Below are positions 24,331-32,383 of a DNA stretch of 32,837 bases, in pieces. This DNA is from Planctomycetota bacterium (GTDB taxonomy: Bacteria > Planctomycetota > UBA1135). The stretch covers positions 1 through 32,837 of the forward strand of contig JALUUN010000461.1 of assembly GCA_027021325.1 (NCBI GenBank), given 5' to 3'. The notes under the pieces are model-generated. The model had not been told where the DNA came from. It saw only the letters and a list, made by a program, of their open reading frames with translations, and searched no databases. Position 1 is the first letter of the stretch; each line of letters begins with the position of its first letter. The translations under genes and the position numbers were made by a program.

Positions 24331-26604
24331 ATGACGCAAACCCCTCAACCCCCGGCCCGGGACGGCGAGAAGGAACCGAACCGGCGCGGGATCGGCCCCT
24401 TCCTGCTGGTCGCCACCGGCCTCCTGCTGCTCCTGATCCTCTACGGCGGCAGCCCCGGCTCCTCGCGCGAGATCAACCAGGACGCCTTCCAGTGGCTCCT
24501 GGTCTCCGGGCGCATCGAAGAGGTCGTCTCGCGGCCCCCGACCCGCTTCGAGGGGCGCTTCGAGGCCGACGACGGCACCCTGCGCGAGTTCAGTGTCACC
24601 GTCCAGGACACGGCCTCCTTCGAGGAGCCGATCCGCACCTTCCTGGGACGCGAGCTGGAGCCGGCGATCACGACCACCGAGCTGCGCCGCTCCCTGACGC
24701 CGGACGCCGACGGCAACCGCGCCATCACCCCGCTGCGCGCCTGGCCGGTGCAGCGGCGCGAGGCCGGACCGGCCGACGGCGGTGTCCAGGAGAGCAACCA
24801 CTTCTTCCTGGAGTACCTGGACGCCTCGGGCGTCCACTACACCGAGGTCGTGGGCACGGACTCCCGGCAGCTCGACCTGCGCGGCCTGCACGCCCTGGTC
24901 ACCGAGGCGGGAGGCCGTGTCGAGATGCCGACGGTCCTGAACCTGGAAAAGGGGCTGCGCACCGAGGAAGGCAACTCCTTTCTCATGTACGTGCTCAGCA
25001 CCTTCTTCCCGATCCTGCTCTTCCTGGCCCTGTTCTGGTTCCTCTTCATGCGCCAGATGCGCGGCCAGGGGCAAGGCCTCCTGAGCTTCGGCCGCTCGCG
25101 GGCCATCATCTACAACAAGGAGAACAAGACCGGCGTCACCTTCGACGACGTGGCCGGTATCGACGAGGCCAAGGAGGAGGTCTCCGAGATCATCGAGTTC
25201 CTGCGCAACCCGACGCGCTTCCAGCGCCTCGGCGGGCGCATCCCGCGCGGCGTCCTCCTGGTCGGCCCCCCGGGCACCGGCAAGACCCTCCTGGCCAAGG
25301 CCATCGCCGGCGAGGCCGATGTCCCCTTCCTGTCCATCAGCGGCTCCGACTTCGTGGAGATGTTCGTCGGTGTCGGCGCCAGCCGCGTCCGCGACCTGTT
25401 CAAGCAGGCCAAGGAGTCCGCACCCTGCATCGTCTTCCTGGACGAGATCGATGCTGTCGGGCGCAAGCGCGGCAGCGGCATGGGCGGCGGCCACGACGAG
25501 CGCGAGCAGACCCTCAATGCCATCCTCGTGGAGATGGACGGCTTCAGTACCGATGAGGGCATCATCGTCGTCGCCGCCACCAACCGTCCCGACGTCCTCG
25601 ACCCGGCCCTCCTGCGGCCCGGTCGCTTCGACCGGGAGATCGTCATCGACCTGCCCGACGTCAAGGGCCGGCAGCGGATCCTGGAGGTCCACACCGCCCG
25701 GGTGAAGACCGCCCAGGGCGTGGACCTGGCCGCCATTGCCCGCGGCACCCCCGGCTTCTCCGGCGCCGAACTCGCTGCGCTCGTCAACGAGGCCGCCATC
25801 CAGGCGGTGATGCGCGGCCACGAGGCCGTCACCCAGGAAGACTTCGAGGAAGCCCGGGACAAGGTCATGTTCGGGCGCCAGAAGAAGTCCCGGGTCATGG
25901 ACGAAGCGGACCGTCGGATCACGGCCTACCACGAAGCCGGCCACACCCTGGTCGCCTGCAAGCTCGAGAACACGGATCCGATCCACAAGGTGACGATCAT
26001 TCCACGGGGCATGGCCCTGGGCGCGACCATGCACCTGCCCGAGAAGGACCGCTACAGCCTGTCCCGGCGAAAGCTTCTCGACGAACTGGCGGTCCTCTAC
26101 GGCGGACGCGTCGCCGAGGAGGTGTTCTGTGAGGACATCACCTCGGGCGCGGCCAACGACATCCAGCGCGCCACGCGCCTGGCCCGGGCCATGGTCATGG
26201 AATGGGGCATGAGCGATCGCGTCGGCCCCATCAACTTCGCCGAGCGGCGCGGCAGCGAGTTCCTCGGGACCGAGGTCGTCGGCAGCAAGGAGCACTCCGA
26301 CGAGACCGCACGGCTTCTCGACCAGGAGATCTCCCGCCTCCTCAAGGAGGCCCACGACCGCGCCCGCAAGATCATCCTCGCCCATCGCGACGACATGGAG
26401 CGCCTCGCCGAGGCCCTGCTTCTGCACGAGACCATCCACGGCGACGAGGTGCAGCGGCTCCTGGACGGAGCCGACCCGAAGGACCTGCGGCCCCAGGCCA
26501 GTGCACCACCGCCGCCCCCGCCCGAACCGGCGCCGCGCACCCAGCCCGAGACGCAGCCCGGGGCCTTCGGGAACCCGGGAACCGAAGGCCTGTCGCCCGC
26601 CTGA
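24331..26604 (+). CDS. ftsH: ATP-dependent zinc metalloprotease FtsH
   Basis: ORF 24283..26604 trimmed to the ATG at 24331. 757 aa with two TM helices. The motifs are Walker [29 protein letters not shown], the SRH region and the zinc motif HEAGHT. Confidence 0.95.
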   Translation: MTQTPQPPARDGEKEPNRRGIGPFLLVATGLLLLLILYGGSPGSSREINQDAFQWLLVSGRIEEVVSRPPTRFEGRFEADDGTLREFSVTVQDTASFEEPIRTFLGRELEPAITTTELRRSLTPDADGNRAITPLRAWPVQRREAGPADGGVQESNHFFLEYLDASGVHYTEVVGTDSRQLDLRGLHALVTEAGGRVEMPTVLNLEKGLRTEEGNSFLMYVLSTFFPILLFLALFWFLFMRQMRGQGQGLLSFGRSRAIIYNKENKTGVTFDDVAGIDEAKEEVSEIIEFLRNPTRFQRLGGRIPRGVLLVGPPGTGKTLLAKAIAGEADVPFLSISGSDFVEMFVGVGASRVRDLFKQAKESAPCIVFLDEIDAVGRKRGSGMGGGHDEREQTLNAILVEMDGFSTDEGIIVVAATNRPDVLDPALLRPGRFDREIVIDLPDVKGRQRILEVHTARVKTAQGVDLAAIARGTPGFSGAELAALVNEAAIQAVMRGHEAVTQEDFEEARDKVMFGRQKKSRVMDEADRRITAYHEAGHTLVACKLENTDPIHKVTIIPRGMALGATMHLPEKDRYSLSRRKLLDELAVLYGGRVAEEVFCEDITSGAANDIQRATRLARAMVMEWGMSDRVGPINFAERRGSEFLGTEVVGSKEHSDETARLLDQEISRLLKEAHDRARKIILAHRDDMERLAEALLLHETIHGDEVQRLLDGADPKDLRPQASAPPPPPPEPAPRTQPETQPGAFGNPGTEGLSPA

Positions 26605-26638
26605 GGGCCGAGGCCCCAGGCGCCGGTAGACTGCCGGC

Positions 26639-27778
26639 ATGCTCCATCCCTGGGAGGTTCCGCACCTGGACCGGGATCACCAGGCCCTGCCCCTCGGGGA
26701 GGGCTGGTGGCGTGGCCCCGACGCCGGGGAACCGAGCTGCCGCCGCCTGCTGGAGGAACGGGGCATCCGGGCCGGCCGGAGACTGCCGGACGGCTCGGGC
26801 AGCTGGCGCCTGCCGGAGGAGCCGCTCCAGCCGGACCTCGGCCGTGCGGCGGAGGATCCCCGGGATCCCCGGGCCCGGGCGGCCTGGATCGAGGCGCGCC
26901 TGCACGCCGCCCGTCTGGCCTGCGCCCGGGAGCCGGAACCGCCGGTCTGGATGCGGATCCTCAACCTCACGCCGGACTCCTTCTCCGACGGCGGCGAACT
27001 GACCCGCGCCGGAGCCCTCGCCCAGGCCCTCGCGGAGGCCCGGGAGCAGGGCGCCGCCTGGCTGGACCTGGGCGCGGAGAGCACCCGGCCGGGCGCGGCG
27101 GCCGTAGCCGCCGAGGTCCAGATCGCCCGCCTCGAGCCGGCCCTCGAAGCCGTGAGCGCGAGCGGCATCCCCTGGTCCGTGGACACGCGCTCGGCCCGCG
27201 TCGCGGCCTTCGCCCTGGAGGCCGGAGCGCGGATGGTGAACGATGTGAGCGGCCTCTCCGACCCGGAGCTGGCGCCGCTCGTCGCCGCGCAGGGAGCGGA
27301 GCTGGTCCTGATGCACATGCGCGGAACCCCGGAGGACATGCAGGAACGGACCGCCTACCGTTTCCTCCTCGGGGAAGTGGCCGATGAACTGGCCCGTTCC
27401 CGGAACCGTGCCCTGCGCGCCGGGGTCCAGCCCGAACGGATCGTCCTGGATCCAGGCTTCGGCTTCGCCAAGACCGCCCGCCAGAGCCTGGAACTCCTGG
27501 GCCGCCTCGGCGCCCTCCGGGCCCTCGGCCACGCTCTCCTGGCCGGGCCCTCGCGCAAGTCCTTCCTCGGCCTCGCCCTGGGCGAGCGGCCGCCCCGGGA
27601 GCGGGACGGAGGGACGGCCGGCGCCGCCGCCCTGGCCGCCGCCCAGGGCGCGGAGATCCTGCGCCTCCACCGCGGAGGCGCCGTCTGGGAGGCGGCTCTG
27701 GCCGCCGCCGCCGCCGCCCGGGAGGCGCGCCGGGCGCAGGCCGATCCGCTCCCGGCTCTCCAGGAGGCCCGGGCATGA
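26639..27778 (+). CDS. folP: Dihydropteroate synthase, with a ~104-aa N-terminal extension if the first ATG is used
   Basis: The motifs are ILNLTPDSFSDGG, DLGAESTRPG, SVDT, VNDVSG, DPGFGFAKT and GPSRKSF. The extension (26639-26950) keeps G/C-rich third positions, so I keep the long form. The alternative start is the ATG at 26951. Confidence 0.85.
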   Translation: MLHPWEVPHLDRDHQALPLGEGWWRGPDAGEPSCRRLLEERGIRAGRRLPDGSGSWRLPEEPLQPDLGRAAEDPRDPRARAAWIEARLHAARLACAREPEPPVWMRILNLTPDSFSDGGELTRAGALAQALAEAREQGAAWLDLGAESTRPGAAAVAAEVQIARLEPALEAVSASGIPWSVDTRSARVAAFALEAGARMVNDVSGLSDPELAPLVAAQGAELVLMHMRGTPEDMQERTAYRFLLGEVADELARSRNRALRAGVQPERIVLDPGFGFAKTARQSLELLGRLGALRALGHALLAGPSRKSFLGLALGERPPRERDGGTAGAAALAAAQGAEILRLHRGGAVWEAALAAAAAAREARRAQADPLPALQEARA

Positions 27779-28659
27779 ACCTGCTGCGCAGGCTCCTCGA
27801 GCGGGATCCCCTGGGCCACGACCCGGTCTCTTCCATCATCGAGATCCTGATCCTCACGATCGGGATCTACGGTGTCCTCCGCTTCCTGCGCACGACCCGG
27901 GGCTTCGGCCTCCTGCGCGGTCTCGGCATTCTCCTGGGCACCGCCCTGGCCGCCTTCCTGATCCTGAACTCCACGGTCGGCGTCCCGGTTCTGGCCAAGA
28001 TCCTGAGCGACATCGCGCCCTGGACCGTGCTGGTGGTGGTCATCCTCTTCCAGCAGGAACTGCGCCAGGGGCTTGCACGCTTCGGCCAGGCCGGCCCCCT
28101 GCGCTTCTTCAGCCGCCAGGAGGGTACCGCCGACACGATCGGCAAGGTGGTGGCCGCAGCGCAGCGCCTGGCCAAGGAGCGCGTCGGCGCTCTCATCGCC
28201 TTCGAACGGAGCGTCAGCCTCTCGGCCTATCGAGAGAAGGGCGTCGAGCTCGACGCTCCGGTATCCTCGATCCTGCTGGAGACCATCTTCTATCCCGGCG
28301 GTCCCCTGCACGACGGAGCGGTCATCCTCCGCGGCGACCGGATCCTGGCCGCAGCCTGCCTCTTCCCCCTGACCGAGAATCCGGAGGTGCAGCGGCGCCT
28401 GGGCACTCGCCACCGTGCGGCCCTGGGCCTCACCGAGGAGACCGACGCCGTGACCCTGGTCGTGAGCGAGGAGACCGGACAGGTCTCCCTGTGCGCCGCC
28501 GGTCGCCTCTACCGCCAGATTCCTCTTGATCAGATCGAGGAGCGCCTGGTGGAACTCCTCGGCGCCACGCCCCAGGAACGCAGCACCGAGGAGGATGCCT
28601 CCAGCCAGTCCACGATCATCGACTCCAGCGAAGCCCCGGGCCGGGAGGCACAGGCATGA
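27775..28659 (+). CDS. cdaA: Diadenylate cyclase CdaA (membrane-anchored DAC domain)
   Basis: 294 aa. Three N-terminal hydrophobic helices are followed by GALIAFER, PLHDGAVIL (DGA motif) and LGTRHRAALGLTEETDA (RHR motif). ATGA overlap with folP (27775-27778). Confidence 0.9.
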   Translation: MNLLRRLLERDPLGHDPVSSIIEILILTIGIYGVLRFLRTTRGFGLLRGLGILLGTALAAFLILNSTVGVPVLAKILSDIAPWTVLVVVILFQQELRQGLARFGQAGPLRFFSRQEGTADTIGKVVAAAQRLAKERVGALIAFERSVSLSAYREKGVELDAPVSSILLETIFYPGGPLHDGAVILRGDRILAAACLFPLTENPEVQRRLGTRHRAALGLTEETDAVTLVVSEETGQVSLCAAGRLYRQIPLDQIEERLVELLGATPQERSTEEDASSQSTIIDSSEAPGREAQA

Positions 28660-29807
28660 GGGTCCTGGGCACCCTGCTCCACGATCCCTGGCGGAAACTC
28701 CTGGCCCTGGCCCTGGCCTGGGGGCTCTGGTCCTGGGTGTACCAGCAGATCACCGTGGACGAGACCATCAGCTTCGCCGTCCAGGCAGCGCCGGCCGGCG
28801 AGGCCGGAAGCCCGCTGCCGAACCAGCTGCAGGTGGTCATCCCCCGCGACTACGAACTGGTGCAGCCGGACCTGCGCAGCGCCCTGGATCTGCGCTTTCG
28901 CGGCACGCGGGCCCGCATCCAGGCCTGGCGCGGCACCGCCGACTGCTCTGCCAAGGTCGTCCTGGAGGCCGAGAGCGCCGGCGACCGCCCGCTGCCCATC
29001 CGCGTGCAGATCGCCCCGCGGGACTGGCACTGGAGCAGTCCCGAGGTCCTCGCCGCCCTCGACGACGAAGACGCCCGCCGTCCGGTGGTCTTCGAGGCGG
29101 TGCCCATCATCCGCCGCCAGATGCGGCTGCAGCCCGACGGCGTGGACCTGCAGATCGCTCTGCCGAGCGAGCGCTATTTCGTGGATCGGGATGGACTGCA
29201 GTTCCGGCCCGGGGTCGTCGTCCTCGTCGGTCCGGAGAGCGCTTTCGAGAGCCTCGACGCCCAGGACGCCGGGCCTCCCGGCCGGATCCTGGAACGCATC
29301 CTCTCCCCGGAGCCGGTGACCACGACTTTCGTCGGTCGTTTCGGCCTCGACGAGGAGATCATGCGTCTGGGCCTGCGCATGGAGCCGGAGACCGTCGAGG
29401 TCGTGGTTCCCATCGGCTACCGCGGCATCTGGCACCGCTGGACGCCGGGTCCCGAACGCCTGGTCGTCATCGGCGGACGCGACTGGGTTCCCGTGGGCGG
29501 CGGACTCCTGCCTCCCCTGCGCGCCCGGCTGCGACGCGAAGTGCCCCTGGGGGTGACCATCGACCGGGCCTGGCTCGAGGAACATGTCCTGTTCCTGGTC
29601 AACACCAACGAGATTCCGGAGAACGCCACCGCGGAGGCCGAGCTGCCGGTGGAGATCCTGTTCCAGGGCGTGGACCCCGGTACCCGCCGGCGCCTGCGGG
29701 AGCTCCTGGAGGTCCAGACCCAGACGGGCGAAGAGGCCGGGACGCTGACCATCCCCATGCAGCCCCGGCCCCCTGGACCGGAAGGAGACGGAAGCGAGAA
29801 CTCGTGA
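28656..29807 (+). CDS. cdaR: YbbR-domain protein (CdaA regulator CdaR-like)
   Basis: 383 aa. The N-terminal anchor WRKLLALALAWGLWSWV is typical of YbbR proteins. It sits between cdaA and glmM. ATGA overlap with cdaA (28656-28659). The body is divergent, so the call rests mostly on context. Confidence 0.6.
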   Translation: MRVLGTLLHDPWRKLLALALAWGLWSWVYQQITVDETISFAVQAAPAGEAGSPLPNQLQVVIPRDYELVQPDLRSALDLRFRGTRARIQAWRGTADCSAKVVLEAESAGDRPLPIRVQIAPRDWHWSSPEVLAALDDEDARRPVVFEAVPIIRRQMRLQPDGVDLQIALPSERYFVDRDGLQFRPGVVVLVGPESAFESLDAQDAGPPGRILERILSPEPVTTTFVGRFGLDEEIMRLGLRMEPETVEVVVPIGYRGIWHRWTPGPERLVVIGGRDWVPVGGGLLPPLRARLRREVPLGVTIDRAWLEEHVLFLVNTNEIPENATAEAELPVEILFQGVDPGTRRRLRELLEVQTQTGEEAGTLTIPMQPRPPGPEGDGSENS

Positions 29808-31165
29808 CGCAGCGACTCTTTGGAACCGATGGCATGCGCGGGGTGGCCGGGGAAGAGCCCCTGACCCCCGAGACCCTGGAACGCCTGGGCCGGATCCTGG
29901 CCGGGGAACTCCGTGCCGGGGCCGGCGAGGCAGCAGCGCCGCAGGTGCTCGTCGGCCACGACGGCCGCGAGAGCGGCGAGACCCTGGCCGCCGCCCTGAT
30001 CGCCGGCCTGAACCGCGGCGGGGTGGACGTGGACATGGTCGGCCTGGCGCCGACTCCCTGTGTCGCCTGCCTCACGGCCCAGGGCCCCTATGCCGCAGGC
30101 ATCGTCGTCTCCGCCTCCCACAACCCGGCGCCGGACAACGGCGTCAAACTCCTCGGCGCCGGCGGTGCCAAGCTCGACGACGCCGTCGAGGCGCGCCTGG
30201 AGGCGGCCCTGCACGAGGGGCGGCTGCCGGCGGAGGCCCGACAGGCCGGCAGCCAGCGCCGCGTCGCCCGTCTGGTGGGAGACTACGTCGCCTGGCTGCG
30301 CAACGAGGCCTTCCCGGATCTCGACCTCAAGGGCTGGTCCGTGGTCGTGGACACGGCGAACGGCGCCTGTTCCGAGGTCGCCCCGCGGATCCTGCGGGCC
30401 TTCGGCGCCGAGGCGATCCCGATCCACGACCATCCCGACGGGCGCAACATCAACCAGGGTTGCGGCGCCCTGCACCCCGAGGTCGCCGCGCAGGCCGTCG
30501 TCCAACAGGGAGCGACCGCGGGTCTCAGCCTCGACGGCGACGGCGATCGAGGCCTCCTGGCTGACACCCAGGGGCGCATCCTCGACGGCGACGCCCTCCT
30601 GGCGGGCCTGGCGCCCCGGCTGCACGCGGCCGGCCGCCTGCCCCACGGCACGGTGGTCGCCACGGTCATGAGCAACCTCGCCCTGGAGCAGTGGCTGGCA
30701 GCGCGCGGCCTGAGCCTCGTGCGCACGCCCGTCGGAGACCGCCACGTCGCCGCCCGCATGCGCAAGGACGGCTTCCACCTCGGCGGCGAGAAGTCCGGGC
30801 ATCTGCTCTTCGGCCCCGAGCACGACTTCCGGGGCGACGGCCTCTACACCTTCCTGAAGGCAGCAACCCTGCTGCGGGAGAAGGGAGAGGATCCCACGGC
30901 CCTGGCGTCGGGCTACGAGGATCTGCCCCAGGATCTGCGCAACCTGCCGGTCTCCCGCCGCGCCCCCCTGGAGGAACTGCCGCGCCTGCAGCAAGCGATC
31001 CGGGAAGCCGAGAAGCAGCTCGCCGGCCGCGGCCGGACCGTCGTCCGTTTCTCGGGCACCGAGCTGCGCCTGCGCCTGATGGTCGAGGCCGATGCCGAGG
31101 ATCTCGTGCGCTCGACCCTGGACCAGCTCGAAGCCGCCGCCCGCGAGGAGGGCATCCTGGCGTGA
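29804..31165 (+). CDS. glmM: Phosphoglucosamine mutase
   Basis: This is the C-terminal 453 codons of ORF 28526..31165. The GTG start at 29804 overlaps the cdaR stop as GTGA. The motifs are LFGTDGMRG, SASHNPAPDNGVKL, LSLDGDGDR, GGEKSGH and RFSGTE. Confidence 0.9.
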   Translation: MTQRLFGTDGMRGVAGEEPLTPETLERLGRILAGELRAGAGEAAAPQVLVGHDGRESGETLAAALIAGLNRGGVDVDMVGLAPTPCVACLTAQGPYAAGIVVSASHNPAPDNGVKLLGAGGAKLDDAVEARLEAALHEGRLPAEARQAGSQRRVARLVGDYVAWLRNEAFPDLDLKGWSVVVDTANGACSEVAPRILRAFGAEAIPIHDHPDGRNINQGCGALHPEVAAQAVVQQGATAGLSLDGDGDRGLLADTQGRILDGDALLAGLAPRLHAAGRLPHGTVVATVMSNLALEQWLAARGLSLVRTPVGDRHVAARMRKDGFHLGGEKSGHLLFGPEHDFRGDGLYTFLKAATLLREKGEDPTALASGYEDLPQDLRNLPVSRRAPLEELPRLQQAIREAEKQLAGRGRTVVRFSGTELRLRLMVEADAEDLVRSTLDQLEAAAREEGILA

Positions 31166-31848
31166 GCGGCGGGCTGGAGGGCTTCCTCGCCCTGGAGCTC
31201 TCGGGGGAACCGGCCACGGTCGCCCTGGCGGCCGGCGGCGGAATCCTGGAGCGACGGATCCCCGGCGAACGCGGCCGTGCGGTCCTGGCCGAGGTGGACG
31301 CTCTCCTCCGGCAAGCCGCCTTCACGAAGGGGGCCCTGCGCGCCGTGCTCTGCGGGCGCGGGCCCGGGAGCTACACGGGCCTGCGCATCGCCGCCGCCAC
31401 CGCCCGCAGTCTCGGCTTCGCCCTCGGCATCCCCGCCGTGGGCCTGCCCGGCTTCGACGCCGCCGCCCACGCGTGGTTCGAGGAGAACCCCGAGGCGGAG
31501 GGCCTGCAGCTCCTGCAAGACGCCTTCCGCAGGGAGTTCTACCTGGGGCGCGCCACCCCTTCGCCCGGCGGCACCCCTGCGGTGGAGATCAACGTCGTCG
31601 GCGGCGAGGAACTCCGCGAGCGCTGGGAGCCCCGGATCCCCTGGCTCGGTGACGCCTCGGTCCAGGACGCTCTTCCGCCGGGCGCCCCCCCACCGCGGGC
31701 GCCTCTCGCTCCACGCGCACGGGATCTCCTGCGTCTGGCCGGCGCCCTCGCCGCTCGCGGCCGGGATCCGCAGGACCCCCGTGCGTTCCCGCCGACCCCC
31801 CTCTACCTCCGGCCGGCCCTCACGAGGAAACGCGGCCAGCCGTCCTGA
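31162..31848 (+). CDS. tsaB: tRNA threonylcarbamoyladenosine biosynthesis protein TsaB (YeaZ)
   Basis: This is the C-terminal 228 codons of ORF 30691..31848. The GTG at 31162 overlaps the glmM stop as GTGA. The motifs are LALELSGEPATVAL and GRGPGSYTGLRIAAATARSL. Confidence 0.75.
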   Translation: MSGGLEGFLALELSGEPATVALAAGGGILERRIPGERGRAVLAEVDALLRQAAFTKGALRAVLCGRGPGSYTGLRIAAATARSLGFALGIPAVGLPGFDAAAHAWFEENPEAEGLQLLQDAFRREFYLGRATPSPGGTPAVEINVVGGEELRERWEPRIPWLGDASVQDALPPGAPPPRAPLAPRARDLLRLAGALAARGRDPQDPRAFPPTPLYLRPALTRKRGQPS

Positions 31849-31860
31849 ACAACAAGCAGA

Positions 31861-31920
31861 ACCGGCGCGCCTCCCGCAGAGGCGCGCCGGTCGGTGCCTC
31901 GGCGCCGGCGGACCGGCGCC
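31861..31920. terminator. Two GC-rich hairpins between convergent tsaB and the histone-like gene (candidate bidirectional terminator)
   Basis: Hairpin 1 has a perfect 13-bp stem, accggcgcgcctc (31861-31873) with gaggcgcgccggt (31879-31891), and a ccgca loop. On the minus strand it is followed by tctgcttgttgtt. Hairpin 2 pairs ggcgccgg (31901-31908) with ccggcgcc (31913-31920) around a cgga loop. Confidence 0.55.
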
Positions 31921-31929
31921 TCCCGTGGA

Positions 31930-32193
31930 TCAGAGATCCTGCGGGCGGAGGGTCTTGCGCTTGTTCGCGAGCGCGCGCTTCTCCGCCGCCTTGATGGCCT
32001 GGCGGACGTACTCGTCGAGGGCGGCGTAGAACTCGCTGGACACGTTGCACTTCGAGACCGCGCCCTTGGTACGGCTCTTCGAGATGATCATGTCCACCGC
32101 GCCGCGGCCCTTCCGCCTGGCGGTCGCCTTGCGCTTGGGGGTCGCCTTGCGGCGGGCGGCGGTCTTGGCCTTTGCCTTCTTTCGTGCAGCCAT
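31930..32193 (-). CDS. Small histone-fold-like (DUF1931 / bacterial histone-type) DNA-binding protein with a Lys/Arg/Ala-rich N-terminal tail
   Basis: 87 aa. GAGGA lies 9 nt upstream of the ATG (32191-32193). In residues 1-31, 15 are K/R and none is acidic. Residues 35-87, MIISKSRTKGAVSKCNVSSEFYAALDEYVRQAIKAAEKRALANKRKTLRPQDL, parallel the archaeal HMfB region ...VSDDARITLAKILEEMGRDIASEAIKLARHAGRKTIKAEDI. The protein ends right after that motif. Confidence 0.6.
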   Translation of the reverse strand: MAARKKAKAKTAARRKATPKRKATARRKGRGAVDMIISKSRTKGAVSKCNVSSEFYAALDEYVRQAIKAAEKRALANKRKTLRPQDL

Positions 32194-32299
32194 GGGTCTG
32201 ATTCCTCAGGATCGTTCTTGGTTCCGGTCCCCCGGTCTGCGCCAGCCGAGCGCTGCGGGGCACCTCGAAAAGGGAGGCTCCAAGGCCACCCATGCCAGG

Positions 32300-32328
32300 A
32301 TTGGAACGGAAAGCGGGAGTCCAGTCAA
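32300..32328 (-). promoter_or_regulatory. Candidate sigma70-type promoter for the histone-like gene
   Basis: The minus strand reads TTGACT (32328-32323), a 17-nt spacer, then TCCAAT (32305-32300). It lies in the most AT-rich stretch of the window and would give a ~100-nt leader. Confidence 0.25.
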
Positions 32329-32383
32329 ACCGGAAACGGCAAAAATCGGCCGTTATTCCAGGATTCTCGCCTATTCTCCCCCC

